A DNA stretch of 64,000 nucleotides from Ignisphaera sp. (GTDB lineage Archaea > Thermoproteota > Thermoprotei_A > Sulfolobales > Ignisphaeraceae): the NCBI GenBank assembly GCA_038892955.1, contig JAWASI010000001.1, forward strand, positions 48,841 to 112,840, given 5' to 3'. The translations under genes and the position numbers were made by a program. The notes under the pieces were generated by a model. The model saw only the letters and a program-made list of their open reading frames with translations, was not told the origin of the DNA and ran no database searches. Each line of letters starts with the position of its first letter. Position 1 is the stretch's first letter. Positions 40,606-49,617 of the stretch are shown here, one piece after another.

Positions 40606-40628
40606 CTTTACACCATTTTATGCTATAC

Positions 40629-42254
40629 TTATTGTATTCGTACTTCGATATCGTAACCCAGTTTATTTATTCTTCTCTTAACTCTTCTAATGACCTTCAA
40701 TGTTGAGGTATTGTATAAAGTCTTTGGTACACTTAATACCAGTAATTTATTTGTATCGTCTACTTCGATATCTGCATAAGGCAGGTATTTTTTAATGAAG
40801 TCAACAATTGACTGCGATGTTATTTCTTTCAGTACTTTCTTAACTGGTATTACCACTGTTTGTTCTCCAAATACGTAAATTTCATATTCAAGTTCGTTTG
40901 TTAAAAAGTCGCGAACTTCTATAACTGGGCGCGCTAAATCTGCTTCCCGTAAACCTGTAGGTAGCTTTACAGTCATCGAGACTTCGTACACTTTCGTAAC
41001 AATGCCTTTATCTATGAACATAACGGTATCGATAATACTAGGTATCATCCCTATGTCAACTCTACCAATAAATCGTTGTATAGCGTCTATCGGGGAAGTA
41101 GCATGGACAACGCCTATCATGCCTATACCGGCCAATCTTAGGTCAACATATATCTTAAAATCTTCGTCGTCCCTCATTTCGTCAAATACTGTGTAATCAG
41201 GTCTGCTAAGTAGGAGTATATCATGGAGTTCTCTAGATGATGCATAGAATTTAGAGTACTGCGATACTATGGGAGGTAGTTTCATATCTCTGGGCGATTC
41301 TATTGTTTTGACTATTCTTCCTTTTCGTGAATAGTAATCTGCTAGTGCTTGAGCAAATGTGGTTTTACCCATACCAGGCGCCCCTGCTATTAGTATACCT
41401 TCGGCTTTTTCTTCAAGCCTCTTTAACACCTTAGGCGGTAGGTTATAGTCTTCAAGTTTTAATCTAACTATAGGTCTTGTTATTGTAACCTCGTATCCTG
41501 TACCTATGGGGGGTGTAACTATGATTACCCTGTAATCGTTTAACTGAAGAAGCATTATTCCACGTCCTTCTATCTCTATAATTCCTTCACCGGCTTTAGC
41601 TCTTTTTATTATTTCTTCAACCAATAACTCTACTGCCTCCCTGGGTTGAGGTCTATCGTCAATTATTGCTAGGAACCAGCTTCCAGGTTTACCTTTCTTT
41701 GCAAGGATTGGTGCACCCTCCTTTATGTGTAAGCTTAGAGTTTGATTATCGAAATACTTCTCAAAAGGCAACTCTTTATCGGTAGAACGAGGTAGCAATA
41801 ATACATTTACATCCATAATATTACATATCATCCTTTGAATACTGTTATGTGTTAACAACTTTCCTCCAAGTTTTTTAGCTATTTCTCTAGCTATATGATC
41901 TAAATAGCCAAGATCATTAATGTAAGCTTCTTTATGGCCTGATTCCAAGATCATTATGTCTAGGTCTTCTTTTTTCCGTGCTAAATCAACAATCTCTGAT
42001 ATCTCTTGAAGACATAGTAAGCCCAAAGCGCTACCTTGGAGAGCTCTAGACTCGAAAAAAGTAAGGTACTCCTTAGGGATAACAATTTTACCTCTTATCA
42101 GCCCATCTTTTATAATCTTAGATAACGTTCTCTCAATTATTACTGTGGTATCAGGTACATATATCTCCTCAAATGCTACTTTCATCATCTTAATTACTAC
42201 CTTAACCTCATCTTTATCTAAACATCGTTGCAGAGACTTAAAACTGGATATCAT
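40629..42254 (-). CDS. PINc/VapC-family ATPase (PINA)
   Basis: PDTTVII PIN domain, GAPGMGKTT, RPDYTVFDEMR, GVVHA; adjacent to hjc. Confidence 0.9.
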   Translation of the reverse strand: MISSFKSLQRCLDKDEVKVVIKMMKVAFEEIYVPDTTVIIERTLSKIIKDGLIRGKIVIPKEYLTFFESRALQGSALGLLCLQEISEIVDLARKKEDLDIMILESGHKEAYINDLGYLDHIAREIAKKLGGKLLTHNSIQRMICNIMDVNVLLLPRSTDKELPFEKYFDNQTLSLHIKEGAPILAKKGKPGSWFLAIIDDRPQPREAVELLVEEIIKRAKAGEGIIEIEGRGIMLLQLNDYRVIIVTPPIGTGYEVTITRPIVRLKLEDYNLPPKVLKRLEEKAEGILIAGAPGMGKTTFAQALADYYSRKGRIVKTIESPRDMKLPPIVSQYSKFYASSRELHDILLLSRPDYTVFDEMRDDEDFKIYVDLRLAGIGMIGVVHATSPIDAIQRFIGRVDIGMIPSIIDTVMFIDKGIVTKVYEVSMTVKLPTGLREADLARPVIEVRDFLTNELEYEIYVFGEQTVVIPVKKVLKEITSQSIVDFIKKYLPYADIEVDDTNKLLVLSVPKTLYNTSTLKVIRRVKRRINKLGYDIEVRIQ

Positions 42255-42452
42255 AATTATAAATAGAAATTAATATATTTAACTAAAATTCAATACTTTT
42301 TAAAGGCTACTGTAATTTTCTCCTTACATCAACTAATTTATGTAAATAGTCATATCCTGTTCATAAGCAATATTTGTAATAATGTTATTGCAGATAACAA
42401 TGATTAAACCTACGCTATCAAAATAGTAATAGGTGTTTAATGTAGATAAAAA

Positions 42453-43145
42453 TCATTTTAATGAGTACATGGTTTTATAAGCAGCTTGGGCCATTTCTTT
42501 TATCACTTTCTCCGGGTCTTTAGCCTTCATAATAGCAGACGCCACAAGAACTCCTGCTGTTCCTAATTTTATTGCTGCTTCAACATCTTCAGCTGAAGAT
42601 ATACCTGCGCCAGTCAGTATTATAACATCTTTATTTATGGCTCTCACTTTTGCTACTGTATTGGTAACTATTTCGGGTTTTGCTTTCGATACAGCAATTC
42701 CTGTTCCAATGAGTTCCGGAGGCTCTACAGCTAATGCCGTAGGATTGATTGTTGCTACGGCAGCTGCTGCCGTAGGGGTATCGGCACATATTAGAGTCTC
42801 AAGATTGTACTTTTTTGCGTTCTCTACTATTGCCACAATTTCATCTAGTCTTAACCTATGCTCACTGTGGTTAACGAGCACACCTTTTACCCCTATATCT
42901 TTTAGGGCAGATACTGGTAACCACCCAGTATATGCGCCAAAATCGTAGGGATCTGCATGTTGAGCATATACAGGAATTGAAATAGTTTCAACGATTTTCC
43001 TAAGTTCTGTAGCTGGGGGAATTACTATGACTTCTATACCATATTCAATAGCAGCTTTTTCAGCATATTTGGCTATTTCAATTGCTTTTGACCCAAACGA
43101 CGTATTGTACGTTTTATAGTTTATCGCAAGCACAGGTATTTTCAT
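42453..43145 (-). CDS. tpiA: Triosephosphate isomerase
   Basis: INYKTY, NHSEHR, EPPELIGTG, GAGI. Confidence 0.97.
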   Translation of the reverse strand: MKIPVLAINYKTYNTSFGSKAIEIAKYAEKAAIEYGIEVIVIPPATELRKIVETISIPVYAQHADPYDFGAYTGWLPVSALKDIGVKGVLVNHSEHRLRLDEIVAIVENAKKYNLETLICADTPTAAAAVATINPTALAVEPPELIGTGIAVSKAKPEIVTNTVAKVRAINKDVIILTGAGISSAEDVEAAIKLGTAGVLVASAIMKAKDPEKVIKEMAQAAYKTMYSLK

Positions 43146-43234
43146 GTATTTACACCAAGGTATGTCTTGGGTATACTAGCTAAAAGTTAAAGAAGTTAAA
43201 AATATTTGTACTAGATGCCACGGTTTTTATTTGC

Positions 43235-44389
43235 TTACTCTAGTAGCTCTGTTCTAACTTTTGGCCCTTTCACTTGGTAAAGTTTAGATTCTACAAATCT
43301 ATCCTGTAGCCTCTGTAATACTTGCGGTAATGTCGTGTATTCCATTTCTTCAGGTCCTAATCTATGCGGCATGAAGGGTCCATGTCTTCTCATGTATTCT
43401 GCTACTATTTGAGCTAATCTCCTTGTTTCATCAAATGCCGGGTCATCAAATAAATCAGCTGGACCTATTAATCTTCCATTCTTTATCTGGAATCCTAGTG
43501 CTACAACCCTAGGTGGACCATCAAATCGAGTGCACCTTGCATTACGTTGACCTACGGGCATTAATGGACCGAAGTGACTACCCCTCATCCATCCAGCTAC
43601 AAGGTGTGGGAATGCGAATGCCTCAATTACTTCTCCAACTGCTGGGAACCCTGATTGCGCTCTAACAATTGCTACAGGATCGTCTTTCCCTACATACTGT
43701 CCTGCTATTAGGTTCAATCTTTCTACTGCTACAACTGCTGCGATTTCATTGTCGCTTTTCCTGAATATTCTTCTTACAACAAATCTTCCAGGTGTTCCTA
43801 TAAGAGCTAAAAGGTCATACATTTCTTCAGGAGCATTCATAACAACATATTTACCAGCTATAACGTCATAAACCTCGAATTTAAAGCCGTCGTGTAGTTT
43901 AGGATCAATAACTAAGCCGGCGGTGTTAAAGGGATCAGCGAATACTCTAAAGAGCGGTAAATTGAATGCCCCAGGTTCTGTTTTATCAGCCATGAATACT
44001 ATTACAGGTTCTGAAGGTCTTTCAACAAATTCCATCTCAGCAGCAGAAGGTCCTAATCCTCTAACGTTTCCCGAGAATGCATCTGTTAAGAGATCTTGTC
44101 CTGCAGCATAAAGTCCTAGTTCTTTAGCTATCTTAGCTGCTTCTTTGAATGCATTCCAAGCTACTTCGTGGACTTCTGGTGAGTCAACTCCTTTTCTATG
44201 CGTCATTATAAGCTCAAGGTCGTCGCCAACATGAGTAACATAGTAATCAACTATAATGCCTTTACTCTTTGCTTCAGCTAAAACCTTAGCAGCCGCCGCC
44301 ATTGTATCGGGATGTACTATATGGTGGCCCGCAAGCGAGCCTATATCTGCTTTAATAACGGATAATGTTGTTTTTAGTTTTTCACTCAT
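43235..44389 (-). CDS. fbp: Fructose-1,6-bisphosphate aldolase/phosphatase
   Basis: KADIG, GDD, GQDLL, YVGKDDP, GWMRGSH. Confidence 0.97.
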   Translation of the reverse strand: MSEKLKTTLSVIKADIGSLAGHHIVHPDTMAAAAKVLAEAKSKGIIVDYYVTHVGDDLELIMTHRKGVDSPEVHEVAWNAFKEAAKIAKELGLYAAGQDLLTDAFSGNVRGLGPSAAEMEFVERPSEPVIVFMADKTEPGAFNLPLFRVFADPFNTAGLVIDPKLHDGFKFEVYDVIAGKYVVMNAPEEMYDLLALIGTPGRFVVRRIFRKSDNEIAAVVAVERLNLIAGQYVGKDDPVAIVRAQSGFPAVGEVIEAFAFPHLVAGWMRGSHFGPLMPVGQRNARCTRFDGPPRVVALGFQIKNGRLIGPADLFDDPAFDETRRLAQIVAEYMRRHGPFMPHRLGPEEMEYTTLPQVLQRLQDRFVESKLYQVKGPKVRTELLE

Positions 44390-44497
44390 TGAGATAACCC
44401 TGTATCCTATTTCTGAATTAAATAAAAATAAATTTTGCTAATATATCGAGTTTAACTGCATATAAAAAGTTGCCCCAGTAGGTGTTATAATTTAGAT

Positions 44498-46309
44498 TTA
44501 CTCTATATAGAAATATTGTCCAAGGGATTTTTGGTATCTATCTAAATAACTATCTGGTTTATTTATCCTAGGCCTACCCGAATGGACATCTCTTCTCATT
44601 GTTATATTAAGTTCTTTTAAGAAGATATTAAAAGATTTTGCAACAGTACCTGGACTAATACCATATCCCTTAACACCGGGTAAACCCGTGAATATCATAA
44701 GCCTGTCAACCGCATAGTCTATTAAAAGCACATTGTGGTCCACTACAAATATTGATGCTTTTCTTATTCTAGCTGTTCTCTTTATTACTCTAGAGACTGT
44801 TAATTGATCCTCGACATCTATATGTGAAGAAGGTTCATCGAGCAGATATACGTCTGCATCTTTTATCAATGTATATGCTATATAAAATTTCTGAAGCTCG
44901 CCTCCGCTAAGTATTGATATTTCTTTATGTAACAATTTGTCTACTCCTAACTTCGTAATAACTTCCGTGTATAACCAATGATTCTCATTAAATGCTTCTT
45001 TATTAGATTTTTTTAAGCACTCTTCAACAGTTATACAATCAGGCATCTGTCTATGCAAATACTGTGGTTTATAGCTTAACTCAAAAGCTGCTGTAGTAGT
45101 ATACCCTTCATCAGGCTGAAGCTCGCCTGCTAAGATTCTAATAAATGTTGTTTTACCTATACTATTAGGCCCCACAATACCTATTACTTCGCCTCGACGT
45201 ATTTCCCCTGGTTCTACAGTAAGTTCAAATCCATTGATATGCTTTTTTATAGTACTCCAAGAACACATCACCTCACCTAATTCAGCCTCTACGTCTTGTC
45301 GCGATTCATGAAGTCTAAACGTGATACCTTCGTCCCTAATCCTAACATTTTCTGAAGGTAGGTACCCCTTAAGATAATGATCTATACCAGTATTTGTTGC
45401 ATAAGGGTTAGAGAACATACCGTATACCCCTGGAATACCATATGTAACAACGACGAGGTCTGCCACATAGTCTATGAATGTTAGATCATGGTCTACGACG
45501 ATCACGTATTTAGTTCTGGGTATTAGTTCATCCAACGCCCTCGCAAGAGCTAACCTTTCTCTAACATCAAGATAACTTGTAGGTTCATCAAAAATGTATA
45601 CATCGCCTTCTCTAGCTAGTGTAGCTGCTATAGCTAGCTTCTGTAACTCGCCTCCACTTAGAATAGATATATCTTTATCTACCATTCGCTCCATGTTAAG
45701 GAGCGATATAATCTCCCGAAAAATCTTACGTTCATCAACTTTAAATAGTATACTCTTAACATCCCCTTTCACGTACTTTGGTATGTACTCTATGTATTGT
45801 ATTTTATGTATTACCCTTAGTTTGTTGAAATACAAATCATTAAAGTATGTATAGAGTTGGGTTCCCTTGAATCGATTTAAGACATAGTCCTTTACCGGCT
45901 CAGAGTTGAAAACACCAAAATTAGGTATTAAACTCCCTGATAATATTTTTAAAGCTGTTGTTTTTCCAGCACCATTAGGTCCTATAACAGCAATAAACTT
46001 CCCTTTAATAGGTGTAGGTAACCCATACAATTTAAATGCATTAGGCCCGTATCTATGAATTAATTTCTCCTCTACCTCTTCTGGAAGATTTACTATACTT
46101 ATGGCTTTGAAAGGGCATTTTTTAACACATATACCGCAAGCTATACACTTATCTTCATAGATAATAGGTTTACCTTTTTTCTGCTCACCTAACTCTATGG
46201 CTTTGTACGGTTTCGTTTTATTTATAGGGCAGAATCTAATGCAGGGGATTCCACATTTATTTGGATTACAGAGCTCATAATCTATTGTTGCAACTCTAAC
46301 CATGTTCAC
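44498..46309 (-). CDS. Ribosome recycling ATPase ABCE1 (Rli1)
   Basis: N-terminal 2x[4Fe-4S] Cys motifs, YGPNAFKL, two ABC domains. Confidence 0.96.
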   Translation of the reverse strand: MNMVRVATIDYELCNPNKCGIPCIRFCPINKTKPYKAIELGEQKKGKPIIYEDKCIACGICVKKCPFKAISIVNLPEEVEEKLIHRYGPNAFKLYGLPTPIKGKFIAVIGPNGAGKTTALKILSGSLIPNFGVFNSEPVKDYVLNRFKGTQLYTYFNDLYFNKLRVIHKIQYIEYIPKYVKGDVKSILFKVDERKIFREIISLLNMERMVDKDISILSGGELQKLAIAATLAREGDVYIFDEPTSYLDVRERLALARALDELIPRTKYVIVVDHDLTFIDYVADLVVVTYGIPGVYGMFSNPYATNTGIDHYLKGYLPSENVRIRDEGITFRLHESRQDVEAELGEVMCSWSTIKKHINGFELTVEPGEIRRGEVIGIVGPNSIGKTTFIRILAGELQPDEGYTTTAAFELSYKPQYLHRQMPDCITVEECLKKSNKEAFNENHWLYTEVITKLGVDKLLHKEISILSGGELQKFYIAYTLIKDADVYLLDEPSSHIDVEDQLTVSRVIKRTARIRKASIFVVDHNVLLIDYAVDRLMIFTGLPGVKGYGISPGTVAKSFNIFLKELNITMRRDVHSGRPRINKPDSYLDRYQKSLGQYFYIE

Positions 46310-46397
46310 ACCTCAAGAAAAAATTTGTCCTGATTTTTCTTTACTCCTATGGACATTAGGATATACTAGTATTAGTAAAAATAATTCGAAATATAGA

Positions 46398-46481
46398 TTA
46401 CCATTCTTCTTCTTCCCACTCTTCCTCTTCCCATTCTTCTTCTTCCCACTCTTCCTCTTCCCATTCTTCTTCAAACATCAT
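46398..46481 (-). CDS. 27-aa acidic/Trp repeat micro-protein MMFEEEW(EEEEW)4
   Basis: AGGTGA SD 6 nt before ATG ATG, TAA stop; repeat units vary only at synonymous GAA/GAG positions. Confidence 0.75.
   Translation of the reverse strand: MMFEEEWEEEEWEEEEWEEEEWEEEEW
46401..46472. repeat. Tandem repeat, 30-bp unit x2.4 (15-bp subunits)
   Basis: ccattcttcttcttcccactcttcctcttc repeated. Confidence 0.95.
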
Positions 46482-46618
46482 ATGACTTCACCTATGTTAG
46501 CTTAGATTGCGGGGAATTAAAAATATTTCTAATAATTATCTAAAATAAAGTTAAACAAAATGAGCAACGTTCTGTATTTCTATTAAGCATATTAACAGTA
46601 TTTTTATTAATCATAAAG

Positions 46619-47155
46619 TTAACTTCTGATAAATATATCTCCACATCCTATAATTCCTAGAGATATTTTTTGGTATTTACCTATGGCGGTATCCTTATTG
46701 AGGTTTACGTTAATATGATGTTTTATTATTTCTAAGTATATATTTGAAACATCTTCGATATTAGGTTTAGGTGCAAATCTGCAGTAGACGTTATAGCCTA
46801 AGAAGCTGTTCAAGCATTCTTCAACATGGGGAGAAGCGTCATCACTATGACTTAATATTATCAACCTTATATTCGGGTGGCATCTAATGTTTGCTAAATA
46901 CTCATTTAATATATGATGTAATTGTCGTTCAGCGAAAAACCTTATGTAAAATTCAAGCTCTGGTTTTCGAGCTATGGTTTTTCTGTTTTCAATTGCTTTC
47001 AACATATTAATGAAAGCTAAAGTAAGTTCTCGCCACATAGCATTAATTCCTTGTACAAGAATACACTGGTTAATATTATGGTAACACTTCTTTAAATAGT
47101 TACATATGTTAATAGCGGGCTCTTTGTTACATAATATATAGGCTATGGTAATCAT
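46619..47155 (-). CDS. KEOPS complex Cgi121-like subunit
   Basis: KAIENRKTIARKPELEF...AERQL resembles the Cgi121 core. Confidence 0.6.
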   Translation of the reverse strand: MITIAYILCNKEPAINICNYLKKCYHNINQCILVQGINAMWRELTLAFINMLKAIENRKTIARKPELEFYIRFFAERQLHHILNEYLANIRCHPNIRLIILSHSDDASPHVEECLNSFLGYNVYCRFAPKPNIEDVSNIYLEIIKHHINVNLNKDTAIGKYQKISLGIIGCGDIFIRS

Positions 47156-47445
47156 TGTATTCCTCCATGTACTATTGGTAGAAATATTATTTCATCGCTA
47201 TTTCTTATCTTTACTTTACTAATATCACCATATACATTAATATCGATGCCATTAATTAATACAAGGTATTCGCCGGAGTACTCTGTAATATTCTTTATAA
47301 TAGTTTGGAATTCTGGATACAGGTTAACAAGTTTATCCAGGAAATTCATCAATGATTCTTCGTCTTCGATAGCTATTTCAATTTCGTTTAAACCAAATCT
47401 AGTTCTAAGATAACCTAGGAGCTTCACCTTAGCTATGATTCTCAC
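47152..47445 (-). CDS. MoaD/ThiS/SAMP ubiquitin-like sulfur carrier
   Basis: VLING, DEIIFLPIVHGG followed by IQ. Confidence 0.88.
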   Translation of the reverse strand: MRIIAKVKLLGYLRTRFGLNEIEIAIEDEESLMNFLDKLVNLYPEFQTIIKNITEYSGEYLVLINGIDINVYGDISKVKIRNSDEIIFLPIVHGGIQ

Positions 47446-47458
47446 ACCTTATAATAAA

Positions 47459-47502
47459 TTACCTATTTTACCTATTCTTTTTACCTATTTTACCTATTCT
47501 TT
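47459..47502. repeat. Perfect 22-bp tandem duplication
   Basis: ttacctattttacctattcttt x2. Confidence 0.9.
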
Positions 47503-47706
47503 GCTTTCTCGTTGTGAGTGCTGCATTATTTTTACTAAGTGTGTTACATAACCTGCTATTTGATTTCTTACTTTTTTTGAGTATGTAGTACAAAGTTTTG
47601 ATACAATTTGCTTATTATGTTCAAAATCAGTATTAAATATATTAGGATACATAGCTAAAAGTTTTCTAGCTGTACGTTTCACCAAGCTTATCCTCACCTT
47701 GCCCAC
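47494..47706 (-). CDS. rps17e: 30S ribosomal protein S17e
   Basis: MGKVRISLVKRTA...DFEHNK...SKKVRNQIAGYVT. Confidence 0.96.
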   Translation of the reverse strand: MGKVRISLVKRTARKLLAMYPNIFNTDFEHNKQIVSKLCTTYSKKVRNQIAGYVTHLVKIMQHSQRESKE

Positions 47707-47946
47707 AGTATTGCACCTTGTTCGATTTATTGCTGCATTGAATTTGTGTTAACTATAGTACCTATGTAAGGCTTTTAGCTTTAAAAGTTTACATTAAGTT
47801 GCTAATATATGGTTTACATGTATAAGCATATCATGAATAACGCTAGAATATGCATATTTAGCTATCTCATTGATAGAAGATGGTTTTGCGATTTCCATTA
47901 AGATTTATATAGAACCTCACTAAGTGAACCTGTTTTGGTGTTGAGT

Positions 47947-49614
47947 ATGGCACAGGTAGGACCATATGAAGCTACAGGTATACCCGTAATCATACTAAAA
48001 GAAGGTTCCAGTAGAACAACGGGGCGTGACGCTCTTAGAGCTAATTTGATGGCGGCTATAGCTATTACTGAAATAGTAAAAACGACGTATGGACCTAGGG
48101 GTATGGACAAGATGCTAGTTGATGCACTAGGCGACATAACTATAACTAACGATGGTGCAACAATTCTTGACAAGATGGATGTTCAACATCCTGCAGCGAA
48201 ACTACTTGTTCAAATAGCTAAAGGGCAGGATGAGGAAGCAGGTGATGGTACCAAAACTGTTGTTATAATTGCTGGTGAACTACTCAAAAAAGCAGAAGAT
48301 CTTATAGAAAAAGGGCTTCACCCAACTATTATAGTTAATGGTTATAAGAAAGCCCTTGATTATGCGTTAAAAGTTGCATATGAGTTAGCTGAAGATGTTA
48401 ATGTAGACGATCCCTTAGCTGACGAAGTTTTGAAGAAGGTTGCTGTATCCTCGTTGACCAGCAAGGCTGTTCACGGTGCAAGAGACTACTTGTCAGAACT
48501 TGTTGTTAAAGCTGTCAGACAAGTTGCTGAGAAAAGAGGTGATAGATGGTATGTTGATTTAGATAATGTACAGATAGTTAAGAAAAAAGGAGGAGGACTC
48601 CTAGATACACAGCTAGTGTATGGTATAGTTCTCGATAAAGAGGTTGTTCACCCTGCTATGCCTAGAAGAGTTGAAAACGCTAAAATAGCCTTAATTGATG
48701 CACCACTAGAAATCGAGAAGCCTGAAATAGACGCAGAGATAAGAATTAGCGATCCTACACAAATGCGCAAGTTCTTAGAAGAGAAAGAAAATATATTACG
48801 TAGTTATGTAGAAAAGATAGTTAGTATTGGTGCTAATGTTGTTATATGCCAGAAAGGTATAGACGATGTGGCGCAGCATTACCTAGCTAAGAAGGGAATT
48901 CTAGCTGTTAGAAGAGTTAAGAGAAGTGATATGGAGAAACTTGAGAGGGCTTCAGGAGGTAGGATAGTCAGCAATATAGAGGATCTATCAGAAAAAGACT
49001 TGGGTATATGTGGATTAGTTGAAGAGAGGAAAGTTGGTGAAGATAAAATGGTGTTTATTGAGAACTGTAAGAACCCAAGATCAGTAGCTATAGTCTTAAG
49101 GGCTGGCCTAGAGAGACTAGTTGATGAAGCTGAGAGGTATACAAGAGATGCCTTAAGCGCAGTTGCTGATGTATTTAGACTTCCAAAGGTTGTATATGGT
49201 GCAGGTGCATTTGAGATAGAGTTGGCTAAGCATCTAAGGGAGTACGCCAATAAAGTAGGGGGTAAGGAAGGATTAGCTGTGGAAGCTTTCGCTAAAGCAC
49301 TTGAGGGAATAGTGGAGACTCTAGCAACAAATGCTGGATTAGACCCTGTAGAAATCATAATGAAGCTTAGAGCAGCTCATATGAAATTTGATGGAAAGTG
49401 GGTAGGTCTAGACGTATTCACAGGCGAGCTTATAGACTCCAAGGAGAAAGGGATTATTGATCCACTTCTAGTTAAGATATCAGCATTGAAGGCAGGTACA
49501 GAAGCTGCAACATTAATACTTAGAATAGATGATGTTATAGCTGCTTCAAAGAGAAAAGAGGAAGAGAAGAAGAAAGAAGAAAAGAAAGAAGAGGAAGAAA
49601 AAGAGAAGGATTAA
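47947..49614 (+). CDS. Thermosome (group II chaperonin) subunit, probably beta
   Basis: [22 protein letters not shown], charged C-terminal tail. Confidence 0.96.
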   Translation: MAQVGPYEATGIPVIILKEGSSRTTGRDALRANLMAAIAITEIVKTTYGPRGMDKMLVDALGDITITNDGATILDKMDVQHPAAKLLVQIAKGQDEEAGDGTKTVVIIAGELLKKAEDLIEKGLHPTIIVNGYKKALDYALKVAYELAEDVNVDDPLADEVLKKVAVSSLTSKAVHGARDYLSELVVKAVRQVAEKRGDRWYVDLDNVQIVKKKGGGLLDTQLVYGIVLDKEVVHPAMPRRVENAKIALIDAPLEIEKPEIDAEIRISDPTQMRKFLEEKENILRSYVEKIVSIGANVVICQKGIDDVAQHYLAKKGILAVRRVKRSDMEKLERASGGRIVSNIEDLSEKDLGICGLVEERKVGEDKMVFIENCKNPRSVAIVLRAGLERLVDEAERYTRDALSAVADVFRLPKVVYGAGAFEIELAKHLREYANKVGGKEGLAVEAFAKALEGIVETLATNAGLDPVEIIMKLRAAHMKFDGKWVGLDVFTGELIDSKEKGIIDPLLVKISALKAGTEAATLILRIDDVIAASKRKEEEKKKEEKKEEEEKEKD

Positions 49615-49617
49615 TGT

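Noticed and set aside
40150-42254. PINA-hjc pair as a novel system or toxin-antitoxin module
   Set aside because: A known conserved archaeal arrangement.
46401-46472. Repeat as a CRISPR array
   Set aside because: Contiguous tandem units with no spacers; no cas genes in the window.
46302-46505. 67-aa Phe/Pro-rich plus-strand ORF
   Set aside because: Antisense reading of the EEEEW repeat; no SD, and it overlaps the ABCE1 start.
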